From Gammaproteobacteria bacterium AqS3 (lineage in GTDB: Bacteria > Pseudomonadota > Gammaproteobacteria > MEIF01 > AqS3), in the NCBI GenBank assembly GCA_001750645.1, contig MEIF01000004.1:1455-65454 (forward strand): a stretch of 64,000 bases of DNA, in the 5' to 3' direction. The notes below the pieces were generated by a model. It was not told where the DNA came from. It did not search any database and saw nothing but the letters and a program-made list of their open reading frames with translations. The number at the start of each line of letters is the position of its first letter. The first letter of the stretch is position 1. The position numbers were made by a program, and so were the translations under genes. Below, piece by piece: positions 27,353 through 38,009 of the stretch.

Positions 27353-29910
27353 TGCGCCAGTCGCTGCCGATCGCCCTGCTCGGAGTGCTGCTGCTGGGCG
27401 CTGCTGCGGGCAGCGCAGTTCTGGCGCCGGCGCAGGACGATGCCGAGTCCCAGGCCCAGGCCGAGCTGCTCGAACAGCTCGAACAGCAGGAGCGGGAGGA
27501 GCGGGAAGCCGAAGCCCTCGAAAAGCAGCGGCGCGATCAGGAAGACGCCGAGGAGGCGGCCTTTGACGAGGAGGCTGAAAAGGAGCTGCTCAGGCAGAGG
27601 GAGCGCGAACTCCGGGAGGCCGAAAAGGCTGAGAAGCGCAGGGCCCGGGATAGAGAGCGCGCACTCAGGGAGGCCGCCAAGGCCGAGGAGAGATTGGCCA
27701 AGCGCAGGGAGCGAGAGGCCCGGGAAGCCGCCAGGCTTGAACAGGAGCAGGCCAGGCGGGAGGCCAGAGAGGCTGAAGAGGCGGCCAGACTTGAAGAGGA
27801 AATGGCCAGGCTTGAGGAGGAGCGCGCCAAGCAGGAGGCCGAGGAAGCCGAGGAAATGGCCAGGCGCGAGCAGGAAGAGGCCGAAGAGGCCGCCAGGGAA
27901 GCCGCCAAGCTTGAGGAGAGGCGAGCCAAGGAGGCGGCCAAGGAGGCCGAGAGAATGGCCAAGCTGGAAGAGAAGCGCGCCAGGCAGGCCGTCAAGGACG
28001 CTGAGAAAGCCGCCAAACTCGAAGAGAGGCAGGCCAGGGAGGCAGTCAAAGAGGCCGAGAGAATGGCCAAACTCGAGGAGGAGCAGGCCAGACAGGCCGC
28101 CAAGGACGCTGAGAGAGCCGCCAAACTTGAGGAGCAGCAGGCCAAGCAGGCCGCCAAGGATGCCGAGTTGGCCGCCAAGCAGAGGGAGCGCGATGCCGAG
28201 AGAGCCGCCAAGCTCGAGGAGATCAGAGCCAAGCAGCAGGAACTCGAAGAGCGCTACAGGGAGAGGTATGAGGCGGCTGTGGCCAGGGAAAAACAGCGGG
28301 AGGCCGACGAGGCCGCCAAAAACGAGCAAAGAATGATCAAGCTGAAGGAGCGCCAGCAGAGGGACGCCGTCAAAAATGCCGAAAAAATGGCCAAGCAGAA
28401 GGAGAAGGACAGCCGCAAGGCCATCAAGAACGCCGAAAAAATGGCCAAGCAGAGAATCAAGGAAGAGCAGGACAAGGCCAAGCAGATGGCCAAGCAGGAA
28501 GAGCGCGATCAGCGTCTGTCAGAGAAAATCCGGGAGGGGCTGGCCAAGCTCAATGAGCGCACCAGAGACCTCGAGTCGGAGCTGCGGGAGAAGCTGGCCG
28601 AGCTGCGGGAGAAACACGCCGAGACCGCCATGAAGGAAGAGGAGCGCGCGACCGAGCTCAAGGAGAAGGAAGAAGCCCAGGTGATCAAGGATGAGGAGGC
28701 TCTGGCCAAGATCAAGCAGGATGCCGAGGAGGCTGAAGACGACAAGCAGAGGCAGCGGGCCGCCGATAAGGAGCAGAAGCTGCTCGATGAAATCAAGGAG
28801 CGCAAGGAGGAGGCCGAGCGCGACGCCATCGAGCGGGCTGAGGAAATCAAAATGGCGCAGGCGGATGCCGAGCGCACCCTGCGCGAAAAATATGCCGACA
28901 AGGTGGCCAAAGTGCGGCGCAAGGCGTTTGAGCAGTCCTACGAGGGCAATGAGGACGGCATGCGCATCAACAACGCCAGCCTGCGCCAGCGCTTTTCCCA
29001 GTTCTTTAGGATCCTGAATGAGCAGAGCAGTGCCCTGGGCGACTACGAGCACCGTCTGCGCTACATCTCCGAGCCCGAACCCATCCCGCTGGGCATGCGC
29101 GACATCCCGCCCTGGGAGCAGCAGCGGGTCGGCCTGGTCAGCGGCGAGCGCGTCTACTTCATCTCGCCGAAGATGCCGGTTGAAAGCCGCCGCACCGACA
29201 ACCTCATCTACATGCAGCTCCAGGGCGAATCGTCCAATGTCCAGCTGACCCCGGGGGCGCCGTTCGTGTTCTTCATCGCACTGCCCGAGGGTGTCCTGCC
29301 CGAGTCGACCCTGCAGCTGCTGCGGCTGGAGGCCTCCGAGGAGGATCGCTACGCCCAGGTCGAGAGCAGCATGCTCAGCGTCCGCAACGAGCGCAAGATG
29401 GAGATTTCCAGGGGCTGCCGACCCTACGGCTATGACGAGGATGCAGACCCGGAACCCGAAGCCGTCGCTGAGGACGCAGAGATCGCCGAAGGGGAGGGGG
29501 AAGCGGAAAATGCCGAGGGCGCCGAGGGCAGCCAGACGGTCGAGGCGGCCGTTATCGGAGAGGATGCCGGATCCGCACCGGATGAATCGGCGCTCGCCGG
29601 AATCCTGGATCTGGAGGAGTGCACCGAGCTCAGGGCCGCAGAGGAATGCCAGAAACACGGCATGTGCCCGAGGTGGGTTTCCAAGCCCAGCATTCCCGAT
29701 CTGCCCACCGCACCCGACGGGTTTATTATCTGGGAAGTCACGGCCGGGGACACCCTGTTTGACGGCGAATACGCCATCATGCTGCGAATGCCCAGGGGCG
29801 AAACCGAGTCGGAGCGCCTGCGCAGCAACTATCTCTACAGGCGCTTTCCCCGGGTGCGGCACCAGTCCAACCTGTTCTTCTACGATTTTTCGATCAAGCC
29901 GAGCTTCTAG
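27349..29910 (+). CDS. Secreted/periplasmic long coiled-coil (TolA-like composition) protein with unknown C-terminal domain
   Basis: Signal-peptide-like N-terminus, ~500 aa E/K/A/R-rich helix with 18-aa repeats, then a globular Cys-containing C-terminus. Confidence 0.75.
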   Translation: MMRQSLPIALLGVLLLGAAAGSAVLAPAQDDAESQAQAELLEQLEQQEREEREAEALEKQRRDQEDAEEAAFDEEAEKELLRQRERELREAEKAEKRRARDRERALREAAKAEERLAKRREREAREAARLEQEQARREAREAEEAARLEEEMARLEEERAKQEAEEAEEMARREQEEAEEAAREAAKLEERRAKEAAKEAERMAKLEEKRARQAVKDAEKAAKLEERQAREAVKEAERMAKLEEEQARQAAKDAERAAKLEEQQAKQAAKDAELAAKQRERDAERAAKLEEIRAKQQELEERYRERYEAAVAREKQREADEAAKNEQRMIKLKERQQRDAVKNAEKMAKQKEKDSRKAIKNAEKMAKQRIKEEQDKAKQMAKQEERDQRLSEKIREGLAKLNERTRDLESELREKLAELREKHAETAMKEEERATELKEKEEAQVIKDEEALAKIKQDAEEAEDDKQRQRAADKEQKLLDEIKERKEEAERDAIERAEEIKMAQADAERTLREKYADKVAKVRRKAFEQSYEGNEDGMRINNASLRQRFSQFFRILNEQSSALGDYEHRLRYISEPEPIPLGMRDIPPWEQQRVGLVSGERVYFISPKMPVESRRTDNLIYMQLQGESSNVQLTPGAPFVFFIALPEGVLPESTLQLLRLEASEEDRYAQVESSMLSVRNERKMEISRGCRPYGYDEDADPEPEAVAEDAEIAEGEGEAENAEGAEGSQTVEAAVIGEDAGSAPDESALAGILDLEECTELRAAEECQKHGMCPRWVSKPSIPDLPTAPDGFIIWEVTAGDTLFDGEYAIMLRMPRGETESERLRSNYLYRRFPRVRHQSNLFFYDFSIKPSF

Positions 29911-30051
29911 CGCATCGGTGGACCCCGCCCAGTCCGAAACAGGCCGAAAACCCCCGCGATTTGGGGCGGCAAAAACCGCCGGAAAGGCCGTGCTTTTGGG
30001 GGGCTGTGCAATAATCCGCGCCTCGTTCTGCACACCGCAGAGCAGGTTGAT

Positions 30052-31857
30052 ATGAACGAAAACGCACCGCTGGCCGAGGAGGCCGCACGGGAACAGCCGC
30101 AGCTGCCGCAGGTGTCCGGCGGCGATGCGCTGATTCGCGCCCTCAAAGAGGTCGGCGTTGACAGCGTCTGGGGCTATCCCGGCGGGGCGGCGCTGCACAT
30201 CTACGACGCCCTGTTCAAGCAGAATTCGATCGAGCACATTCTGGTGCGGCACGAGCAGGCCGCCGTTCACGCCGCCGACGGCTATGCCCGCGCCACCGGA
30301 CGCTGCGGCGTGGTGCTGGTGACCTCCGGCCCGGGCGCCACCAACACGCTGACCGGCATCGCCACGGCCTACATGGACTCGATCCCGCTGGTGGTGATCT
30401 CGGGTCAGGTGCGCACCCAGCTGATCGGCACGGACTGCTTTCAGGAGACCGACATGGTCGGCTGCTCCCGGCCGGTCGTGAAGCACAGCTTTCTCGTCAA
30501 GAAGGCCGAGGACATCCCCGCCGCCGTGCGCCGCGCCTTCTACATTGCCACCACGGGACGGCCGGGACCGGTCGTCGTCGACATCCCCAAGGACTGCACC
30601 GAGCCCAACCAAACCTTTGAGTACCGCATGCCCGAGGCGCACGAGACCGAGATGCGCTCCTACACCCCGGTCAAGCGCGCCGCCTCCGACCAGATCAGGC
30701 GGGCCGTTGAGCTGCTGCGGCAGGCCGAGCGTCCGGTGGCCTACCTCGGCGGCGGCGTGGTCCAGGGCGAGGCCGCAGAGGTGGCGACCGAGCTGTGCCG
30801 CCGGCTGCACCTGCCGACCACCTGCACGCTGATGGGGCTGGGCGGCTATCCCGGCAGCCTTGAGGACCCCAATTGGCTGGGCATGCTGGGCATGCACGGG
30901 ACCTACGAGGCCAACATGGCCATGCACCACTCCGACGTCATCCTCGGGGTCGGCGTGCGCTTTGACGACCGCATCACCAACTCGCCGGACAAGTTCTGCC
31001 CCGGGGCGCAGATCATTCACATTGACATCGACCCGGCCAGCATCGACAAGATCATCCGCCCGGATCTGGCCATCGTCGGGCCCGCCGACGAGGTGCTGGG
31101 GGACATGCTGAAGGCGCTCGACTCCGGCGGCGAGTCCGAGGAGGATGTCCGGGAGCGCCGGCTGCCGTGGCGCGAGCGCATCAGCGGCTGGCGCAGCGCG
31201 CACGGCCTCAATCACCACTGCGTCCCCGAGGACGAAACCCCCGGGCGCATCAGTCCGCAGCGCGTCATTCAGGCGCTCTACCGCCTCACGGGGGGCAGCG
31301 CCTACATCACCTCGGATGTCGGCCAGCACCAGATGTTTGCCGCGCAGTACTACCCGTTCGCCCGGCCGCGCCGCTGGATCAACTCCGGCGGACTGGGCAC
31401 GATGGGCTTCGGGTTTCCGGCGGCAATGGGGGTCCAGTACGCCTTTCCCGACGCCGAGGTCATCTGCGTCACCGGCGAGGGCAGCATCCAGATGTGCCTG
31501 CAGGAGCTGGCGACCTGCATCCAGTACAACCTGCCGGTGAAGATCGTCAACCTCAACAACGCCGCACTCGGCATGGTCAAGCAGTGGCAGGACATGCAGT
31601 ACGCCGGCCGGCACTCGCACAGCACCTACAGCGACTCGCTGCCGGATTTTGTCAAGCTGGTCGAGGCCTACGGGCACGTCGGTGCGCGCATCGAGGCGCC
31701 CGAGGACCTGGAACCCGAGCTTGAGAAGGCGCTGGGGCAGCGCGACCGGCTGGTGTTTGTCGACATCGCCGTCGACCCCGACGAGCACGTCTACCCGATG
31801 CAGATCGCCCCGGGCGCCGTCAATGACCTGTGGCTCAGCCGCACCGAGCGCAGCTGA
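30052..31857 (+). CDS. ilvI: Acetolactate synthase large subunit
   Basis: GYPGGAAL, VRHEQAAVHAADGYAR, TSGPGATN, GMLGMHG, DVGQHQMF, NSGGLGTMGFG. Confidence 0.95.
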   Translation: MNENAPLAEEAAREQPQLPQVSGGDALIRALKEVGVDSVWGYPGGAALHIYDALFKQNSIEHILVRHEQAAVHAADGYARATGRCGVVLVTSGPGATNTLTGIATAYMDSIPLVVISGQVRTQLIGTDCFQETDMVGCSRPVVKHSFLVKKAEDIPAAVRRAFYIATTGRPGPVVVDIPKDCTEPNQTFEYRMPEAHETEMRSYTPVKRAASDQIRRAVELLRQAERPVAYLGGGVVQGEAAEVATELCRRLHLPTTCTLMGLGGYPGSLEDPNWLGMLGMHGTYEANMAMHHSDVILGVGVRFDDRITNSPDKFCPGAQIIHIDIDPASIDKIIRPDLAIVGPADEVLGDMLKALDSGGESEEDVRERRLPWRERISGWRSAHGLNHHCVPEDETPGRISPQRVIQALYRLTGGSAYITSDVGQHQMFAAQYYPFARPRRWINSGGLGTMGFGFPAAMGVQYAFPDAEVICVTGEGSIQMCLQELATCIQYNLPVKIVNLNNAALGMVKQWQDMQYAGRHSHSTYSDSLPDFVKLVEAYGHVGARIEAPEDLEPELEKALGQRDRLVFVDIAVDPDEHVYPMQIAPGAVNDLWLSRTERS

Positions 31858-32366
31858 TGCGCGAGGGCACCCGCCACGTGCTCGCAATACTGCTGGAGAA
31901 CGAGCCCGGGGCGCTCTCGCGCGTGGTCGGGCTGTTCTCGCAGCGGGGCTACAACATCGACAGCCTGTCCGTGGCGCCGACCCACGATGAGACGCTCTCC
32001 CGCCTGACCGTCAGCACCTGGGGGGACGAGCGCACCGTGGCGCAGATCGTCAAGCACCTCAACCGCCTCATCGATGTCGTCCAGGTCGCGGACCTCAGCG
32101 AGGGCGATCATCTCGAGCGCGAAATCCTGCTGCTCAAGGTGGGCGCCGTCGGCGGCGAGCAGCGCGCCGAGATCGCGCGCACCGTGAGCATCTTCGACGG
32201 CAAGATCGTCGACACACATCCAGAGCAGTACACGCTGCAGATCAGCGGGCGCAGCGACAAGCTCGACGCCTTCATCCAGGCGCTCGGCAGCGTCTCGATT
32301 CTGGAATACGTGCGCTCGGGCATCATCGGCATGTCGCGCAGCGAAGAGGATATTTTGCCCGGCTGA
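31857..32366 (+). CDS. ilvH: Acetolactate synthase small subunit
   Basis: LENEPGALSRVVGLFSQRGYNIDSL ACT domain. The ATG overlaps the ilvI stop. Confidence 0.95.
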   Translation: MREGTRHVLAILLENEPGALSRVVGLFSQRGYNIDSLSVAPTHDETLSRLTVSTWGDERTVAQIVKHLNRLIDVVQVADLSEGDHLEREILLLKVGAVGGEQRAEIARTVSIFDGKIVDTHPEQYTLQISGRSDKLDAFIQALGSVSILEYVRSGIIGMSRSEEDILPG

Positions 32367-32393
32367 CGGTGCCGGGCCCTGACGGAGAACGCT

Positions 32394-33419
32394 ATGACCA
32401 CCATCAACATGCTGTATGACAAGGATGCCGAATTGAGCATCATCCAGGGGATGAAGGTGGCCGTGATCGGCTACGGCTCGCAGGGGCATGCCCACGCCCT
32501 CAACCTCAGGGACACCGGCGTGAGCGTGACGGTCGGCCTGCGCGCGGGCTCCAGCTCGGGCGCCAAGGCCGAAAAAGCCGGGCTGGCGGTGGCGCCGGTC
32601 TCCGAGGCGGTCGACGGCGCCGACCTGGTCATGCTGCTGGTGCCCGACGAGCTGCAGGCCAAGGTCTACTACAGCGAGGTCGAGCCCAATCTCAAGCAGG
32701 GGGCGACGCTGGCCTTTGCGCACGGCTTCAACATTCACTTTCAGTGCATCGAGCCGCGCGCCGACCTGGATGTCGTCATGGTCGCCCCCAAGGGGCCGGG
32801 GCACACCGTGCGCTCGAACTACCAGCAGGGCGGGGGCGTCCCGGCGCTGATTGCGGTGCACAGCGACGCCGGCAGCCGCGCGCGCGACATCGCCCTGTCC
32901 TATGCCTGCGCCATCGGTGCCGGCACCGCCGGCATCATCGAGACCAGCTTTCGGGAGGAGGTCGAGACCGACCTGTTCGGCGAGCAGGCCGTGCTCTGCG
33001 GCGGCCTGGCCGAGCTGATCCTGGCCGGGTTTGAGACCCTGGTCGAGGCTGGCTACAGCCCCGAAATGGCCTACTTTGAATGCCTGCACGAGACCAAGCT
33101 GATCATCGACCTGATCTACGAGGGCGGGCTGGCCAACATGAACTACTCGATCTCCAACACCGCCGAGTACGGCGGCTACCTCACCGGGCCGAAGGTCATC
33201 GATGCGGGCGTGCGCGAGCGCATGCGGGAGGCGCTCGGGCGCATCCAGCGCGGCGAGTTTGCCCGCGAATTCGTGCAGGAGTGCGAGTCGGGCCAGCTGG
33301 TCATGAAGGCCATACGCCGGCGCCAGCGCGAGCACCCGGTCGAGCAGGTCGGCGAGCACCTGCGGGCGATGATGCCGTGGATTGCCCAGCAGCGGCTGGT
33401 GGATCGCGATGTCAACTGA
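32394..33419 (+). CDS. ilvC: Ketol-acid reductoisomerase
   Basis: [45 protein letters not shown]. Confidence 0.97.
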   Translation: MTTINMLYDKDAELSIIQGMKVAVIGYGSQGHAHALNLRDTGVSVTVGLRAGSSSGAKAEKAGLAVAPVSEAVDGADLVMLLVPDELQAKVYYSEVEPNLKQGATLAFAHGFNIHFQCIEPRADLDVVMVAPKGPGHTVRSNYQQGGGVPALIAVHSDAGSRARDIALSYACAIGAGTAGIIETSFREEVETDLFGEQAVLCGGLAELILAGFETLVEAGYSPEMAYFECLHETKLIIDLIYEGGLANMNYSISNTAEYGGYLTGPKVIDAGVRERMREALGRIQRGEFAREFVQECESGQLVMKAIRRRQREHPVEQVGEHLRAMMPWIAQQRLVDRDVN

Positions 33420-34269
33420 ATCCGACCGGTCGGAGCACGAGGCGGCGCCCGAGGCGCCCGAGACCGCTGCGGCGCCGCCGAAGCGGGTCGGCGGCCGGCT
33501 GCGCGGGGGCGTGCATCTGCTGCCCAACATCCTGACCACCGGCACGCTGTTCTCCGGCTTCTACACCATCACCGCCTCGATACAGGGCAACTTTCTGCCC
33601 GCCGCCTTTGCGATCTTCTTCGCCATGGCGTTCGACGCCACCGACGGCCGCGTGGCGCGCTGGACCCACACGCAGAGTGAGTTCGGCCAGGAGTACGACA
33701 GCCTCTCCGACCTGGTCGCCTTCGGCATCGCCCCGGCCGTCATGATGTTCACCTGGGGGCTGTCGCAGCTGGGCGACTGGGGCTGGCTGCTGGCCGCCTT
33801 CTACGTGCTGTCGACCTCGCTGCGGCTGGCGCGCTTCAACCTCGGCGACAGCTCCGAGTGGCCCGGGCACTACTTCCAGGGGCTGCCCAGCCCAGCCGCT
33901 GCGGGCCTGATGGCGACCACGATCTGGGCCATGAACTCGACCGGCTTCGACCTGGGCGAGGCCTTTGCCACCGCGATCACCGGGCTGCTGCTGGCGCTGT
34001 CCTCGGTGGCGATGATGTCGCGCTTTCCCTACCTCAGCTTCAAGGGCTTTGACGTCAAGGACAAGGTTCCGATCAAGGGGCTGCTCTGGACCGCCTTCGG
34101 GATCTCCTGCCTGATCGTCCTGCCCGCCAGCATCCTGATGCTGCTGGCCATCATCTACCTGTTCTCCGGCCCGGTGATGTGGCTGATGGGCATCGGTCGG
34201 GAGCCCAAAGCCGGCGCCGCAGAGGGTTCAGCCGACGGTGACGGCAAAGACGATCAGCTGTTCAACTAG
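33409..34269 (+). CDS. pssA: CDP-diacylglycerol-serine O-phosphatidyltransferase
   Basis: [15 protein letters not shown]....[33 protein letters not shown]. Confidence 0.92.
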   Translation: MSTESDRSEHEAAPEAPETAAAPPKRVGGRLRGGVHLLPNILTTGTLFSGFYTITASIQGNFLPAAFAIFFAMAFDATDGRVARWTHTQSEFGQEYDSLSDLVAFGIAPAVMMFTWGLSQLGDWGWLLAAFYVLSTSLRLARFNLGDSSEWPGHYFQGLPSPAAAGLMATTIWAMNSTGFDLGEAFATAITGLLLALSSVAMMSRFPYLSFKGFDVKDKVPIKGLLWTAFGISCLIVLPASILMLLAIIYLFSGPVMWLMGIGREPKAGAAEGSADGDGKDDQLFN

Positions 34270-34281
34270 ACCGGCACCCCC

Positions 34282-35022
34282 GTGACCTGGCTGATCGCGG
34301 CGGCGGGGGTGTTTGCCACCTCGCTGCTCTCGGCGGTGTTCGGCATGGCGGGCGGGGTGGTGCTGCTCTGGCTGCTGATCAGCCTGTTCAGCGTCCCAGT
34401 CGCCATGGTGCTGCACGGCATCATCCAGCTGTGCGCCAACGGCTACCGCTGCTTCCTGCTGCGCGAGCACATCTACGGTGCGGCGCTGCTGCCCTATGCC
34501 GCAGGATCGCTGCTGGCGCTCGGCGCCCTGGTGGCGCTGGCCTTTGTTCCGGACCGCGCACTGGTGCTGATCATCGTCGGGCTGGTCCCCGTCGTCACCG
34601 AGCTGCTGCGCCCGCTGGTGCGGCTGCGCATCGAGCACCGGCCGACCGCGCTCGCCGCCGGTGCGGTCTGCACCGGCATCCAGGTCGTCGGCGTCTCCGG
34701 CCCGCTGCTCGACGCCTTCTACGCCCACAGCAGCCTCGGCCGTCACCAGGTGGTTGCGACCAAGGCGCTGACCCAGTCGCTCGGCCACGCCGTGCGCATC
34801 GGCTACTGGCTGGTGTTCACCGGGCAGATGGCGCTGCAGGAGATCGACGCGCTGCTGCTGGTCGGCCTGATTGTCTGCTCGGTCCTGGGGACTTCGCTCG
34901 GGCGGCGCATGCTCGACCTGCTCGACGACGCCCGCTTCGGCCGCTACACCCGGATTCTGGTGCTGCTGCTCGGCCTCGGCTGCCTCGGCCAGGGACTCTG
35001 GCTGCTGGCGGCGGAAGCGTGA
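34282..35022 (+). CDS. TSUP (TauE/SafE) family transporter
   Basis: SAVFGMAGG and VGVSGPLL motifs, multiple TM helices. Confidence 0.75.
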   Translation: MTWLIAAAGVFATSLLSAVFGMAGGVVLLWLLISLFSVPVAMVLHGIIQLCANGYRCFLLREHIYGAALLPYAAGSLLALGALVALAFVPDRALVLIIVGLVPVVTELLRPLVRLRIEHRPTALAAGAVCTGIQVVGVSGPLLDAFYAHSSLGRHQVVATKALTQSLGHAVRIGYWLVFTGQMALQEIDALLLVGLIVCSVLGTSLGRRMLDLLDDARFGRYTRILVLLLGLGCLGQGLWLLAAEA

Positions 35023-36119
35023 GCGAGGTCTCGCTGAGTCGCGCCTTCGCCCTGCAGGGTTCGGCCTGCAGCCATCTGGGTTCGCCCTTCACCGGGCAGC
35101 TGTGCGCGCTGTTTGCCGAGCGCTGGACGCCCCGCAGCGATGCCGTCGCCGAGCGGCTGTTCGACTGGGACGGCGATGTCACCAGCGCCGGCGACAACCT
35201 GCCGCTGCGCCTGGCCGGAGCCCTGCACCACTGGGCGCTGACCGACCGGGACGCCGGCCTGAAACGCTGCTGGCCGCCGCACACGGCCGATGCCGATGCG
35301 ATCTGGGACAGCGTCTCCAGAGTGCTCAAAGCCGACGCCCAAGACATCCTCGCCTTCTGCCGGAACCCGCCCCAGACCAATGAGGTCGGGCGCTCGGCGG
35401 CGCTGATGCCCGTGCTGCTGACGCTTGCCGCGCGCTTTGCGGGGCTGCCGCTGGCGCTGTTCGAGGTCGGCGCCAGCGCCGGGCTCAACCTCTGCCTCGA
35501 CCGCTGGGGCTACCGCCTCGGCGGGCGGGTCTGCGGCGATGCCGACTCCGCACTGCAGCTGACCCCGCAGTGGCGGGGCGCACCGCTGGGCGCCGGTTTT
35601 GAGGGGGCGCGGCTGCACATCGCCGAGCGCCGGGGCTGCGACATCGCCCCGATCGACGTGCGCTCCGAGGCCGGATGTGCGCGCCTGATGTCCTATATCT
35701 GGCCCGACCAGCGGGAGCGCCTCGAGCGCACCCGCAGCGCCGTCGAAATCGCGCGCTCGCTGGACGTGCGCCTCGACACCTGCGGCGCCGGGGAATGGCT
35801 TGAGCAGCGGCTGACCCCCTCGCCCGGCGAACAGCTGCGCGTGGTCTACTCGACCGTCGCCTGGCAGTATTTCAGCCGGGCCGATCAGCAGCGGGGACGG
35901 GACCGGATCCGCCGCATCGGCGAGGGCGGCGGGGACAGGGCGCCGCTGGCCTGGCTGCGCGTCGAAGCCGACGAAGCCAGCCAGAGGGGGCAGGGTGCGG
36001 CGATCATTCTGGCGCTCTGGTGCGGCGGGGCATCGGACGGCGTCGAGCGCGAGCTGGGGCGCGCCGACTTCCACGGTCGCTGGGTCGAGTGGGGCGGTGC
36101 GTCCCCCGGGGAGCTCTAG
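35019..36119 (+). CDS. DUF2332 family protein
   Basis: LGSPFT, PLRLAGALH, PPQTNEVGRSAAL, EVGASAGLNL, HGRWVEW. Confidence 0.8.
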   Translation: MSEVSLSRAFALQGSACSHLGSPFTGQLCALFAERWTPRSDAVAERLFDWDGDVTSAGDNLPLRLAGALHHWALTDRDAGLKRCWPPHTADADAIWDSVSRVLKADAQDILAFCRNPPQTNEVGRSAALMPVLLTLAARFAGLPLALFEVGASAGLNLCLDRWGYRLGGRVCGDADSALQLTPQWRGAPLGAGFEGARLHIAERRGCDIAPIDVRSEAGCARLMSYIWPDQRERLERTRSAVEIARSLDVRLDTCGAGEWLEQRLTPSPGEQLRVVYSTVAWQYFSRADQQRGRDRIRRIGEGGGDRAPLAWLRVEADEASQRGQGAAIILALWCGGASDGVERELGRADFHGRWVEWGGASPGEL

Positions 36120-36153
36120 CCGGCGGAAGGCTTGCGGTCGGCGGGCGGGGGGA

Positions 36154-36588
36154 CTAGGCTCTTCGGTAGATCTTGGCGGCGGCTTCTCGGATCTCATCGA
36201 CCAGAAAGGTCTTGTCCTCGTGTCCCAGATAGAACTCGCCGTAATTGTTGGTGCGCAGCCAGACCGAGGCAATGCAGGCCAGGCGCGAGGGCGCCGGGCG
36301 CTCCTCGGTGCAGCGCGTCAGATGAAAGTGACCGGCATAGGGGTGCGAGGCCCAGAGCGCCACCATGCGGCGGCCCTTTTCGTCGGTCTTGTCCTCGAGC
36401 GCCAGCACGAAGTGTGCGCCCTTGGAATCGAGGAAGGTGTCCAGGTCGACCCGCCCCTCCTCGACGCCCGTGATGCGACCCTGATAGGGCTTGAGCTCGC
36501 GGTGCAGCATCTCGGAGACATCCTGGAACAGCTCGGCCAGCCTGCCCTCCCGCAGCGATTTCGACTTCGACTGATCGACCGCGCTCAT
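36154..36588 (-). CDS. Hypothetical protein
   Basis: 144-aa ORF co-oriented with the FKBP pair, fills the gap, typical codon usage. Confidence 0.6.
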   Translation of the reverse strand: MSAVDQSKSKSLREGRLAELFQDVSEMLHRELKPYQGRITGVEEGRVDLDTFLDSKGAHFVLALEDKTDEKGRRMVALWASHPYAGHFHLTRCTEERPAPSRLACIASVWLRTNNYGEFYLGHEDKTFLVDEIREAAAKIYRRA

Positions 36589-36636
36589 CCGGCCAGCCCC
36601 CGCACCTTGCAGGACCCCGTTCTCCTGCGGGTCGGC

Positions 36637-37035
36637 CTAGCGGATCTTGATCAGATCGACGTGGAAGATCAGCGTCTCATCCGGCCCGATGCCGCCGGGC
36701 GAGCCCCGCTTGCCGTAGGCCAGATCGGGCGGAATGACCAGCTCAATGGTGCCGCCCTCGCCAATCAGCTGCAGCCCCTCGGTCCAGCCGGCGATCACGC
36801 CGCCCAGCGGAAAGGTCGCGGTGCGGTTGCGGCTCCACGAGCTGTCAAACTCGGTCCCGTCGATCAGCGTCCCGCGGTAGTGCACCTCGACCGTGTCGCT
36901 GGCCGTGGGGCGACGCTCCCCGCCGGGACTCTCGATGCGGTACATCAGGCCGGAGTCGGTGGTTTTCACGTCGGGTTTGGCGGCGTATTCCTCGCGGAAT
37001 TTCTCGCCCTTGTGCTCGTTCATGTGTTTGCTCAT
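36637..37035 (-). CDS. FKBP-type peptidyl-prolyl isomerase (short, cytoplasmic)
   Basis: VEVHYRGTLIDGTEFDSS, VIAGWTEGLQL, IPPDLAYG; GAGGAG RBS. Confidence 0.93.
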   Translation of the reverse strand: MSKHMNEHKGEKFREEYAAKPDVKTTDSGLMYRIESPGGERRPTASDTVEVHYRGTLIDGTEFDSSWSRNRTATFPLGGVIAGWTEGLQLIGEGGTIELVIPPDLAYGKRGSPGGIGPDETLIFHVDLIKIR

Positions 37036-37097
37036 GGGGTGCTCCTCTGGTCGGTGTGCGAATGGCTGGGTGGGGCAGAGCGGAGACCGGGTTCGGC

Positions 37098-37868
37098 TCA
37101 GGCTCTGGAGGGCTCGATGGCGATCAGCTCGACCTCAAAAATCAGGGTGTCGCCCGGGCCGATGATCTCGCCGACGCTGCGATCACCGTAGCCCAGATCG
37201 GGGGGGATGACCAGCTCGATGGTGCCGCCCTCGCCGATCAGCTGCAGCCCCTCGGTCCAGCCGGCGATGACACCGCCGAGCGGGAAGGTCGCGGTCTGGT
37301 TGCGCGAGTGGGAGCTGTCAAACTCGGTGCCGTCGACCAGCGTGCCCCGGTAGTGAACCTCGACGGTGTTGGAGGGCTTGGGGCGCAGCTTCGAGCCGGG
37401 CTTGATGATGCGGTACATCAGGCCGGTGCTGGTGGTCTTGACGCCGTCCCGCTTGGCGTACTCGGTGCGGAAGGCATCGCCCCGCAGGGTGTTGGAGGCC
37501 AGCTTGATGCTGTCCTCCTCGGCTTTCCTGGCCATCATCTCGGCGGCGCGCTCGGCCTGTGCCTCCTCATAGGCCGCCATCAGCTTTTTGGTCTCCTCCT
37601 CGCCGAGCTGCGAGGGGCGGTCATTGATGGCGTCGATGAAGCCCTTCTGAAAGCCTGCGGGGTTGATGCTGAGATCTTGGATGGTCTGTCTGGACTCTTG
37701 GCCGAACTGGTGGCCGATGACGTAGCCGGTGCGCTCCAGCTCCTCCTGGCCAACCTCATTGCTGTTGCTCTCGGCGGGGGGGACACAGCCGGCCAGCAGC
37801 AAAGCCAGGGCCGGAATGGAAAAAATAATGCGAATCAGGGGCGAGGCGCCCGTCAGTGAATATTTCAA
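37098..37868 (-). CDS. Mip/FkpA-like FKBP-type PPIase, probable lipoprotein
   Basis: Lipobox LLAG-C, N-terminal dimerisation helix (GYVIGHQFG), FKBP domain. Confidence 0.9.
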   Translation of the reverse strand: MKYSLTGASPLIRIIFSIPALALLLAGCVPPAESNSNEVGQEELERTGYVIGHQFGQESRQTIQDLSINPAGFQKGFIDAINDRPSQLGEEETKKLMAAYEEAQAERAAEMMARKAEEDSIKLASNTLRGDAFRTEYAKRDGVKTTSTGLMYRIIKPGSKLRPKPSNTVEVHYRGTLVDGTEFDSSHSRNQTATFPLGGVIAGWTEGLQLIGEGGTIELVIPPDLGYGDRSVGEIIGPGDTLIFEVELIAIEPSRA

Positions 37869-38009
37869 GATGCACCTGCTTGTCGGGCGACAAAAGCGGC
37901 GAATGATACATCACGGCCTTTTGTGATCACGTCCGTCTTTGGCTGCAAAAAAGCGCTCCGAGCGCATCTGTATATAATCGCCGCCGCTGTGCACTGCCGG
38001 GAAGATTGA

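Noticed and set aside
28519-31887. 1122-aa minus-strand ORF and other long antisense ORFs (e.g. 3504..5681, 14130..15938, 37911..39623, 42108..44045)
   Set aside because: They are shadows of well-supported plus-strand genes, caused by high-GC codon bias, and contain no recognisable motifs.
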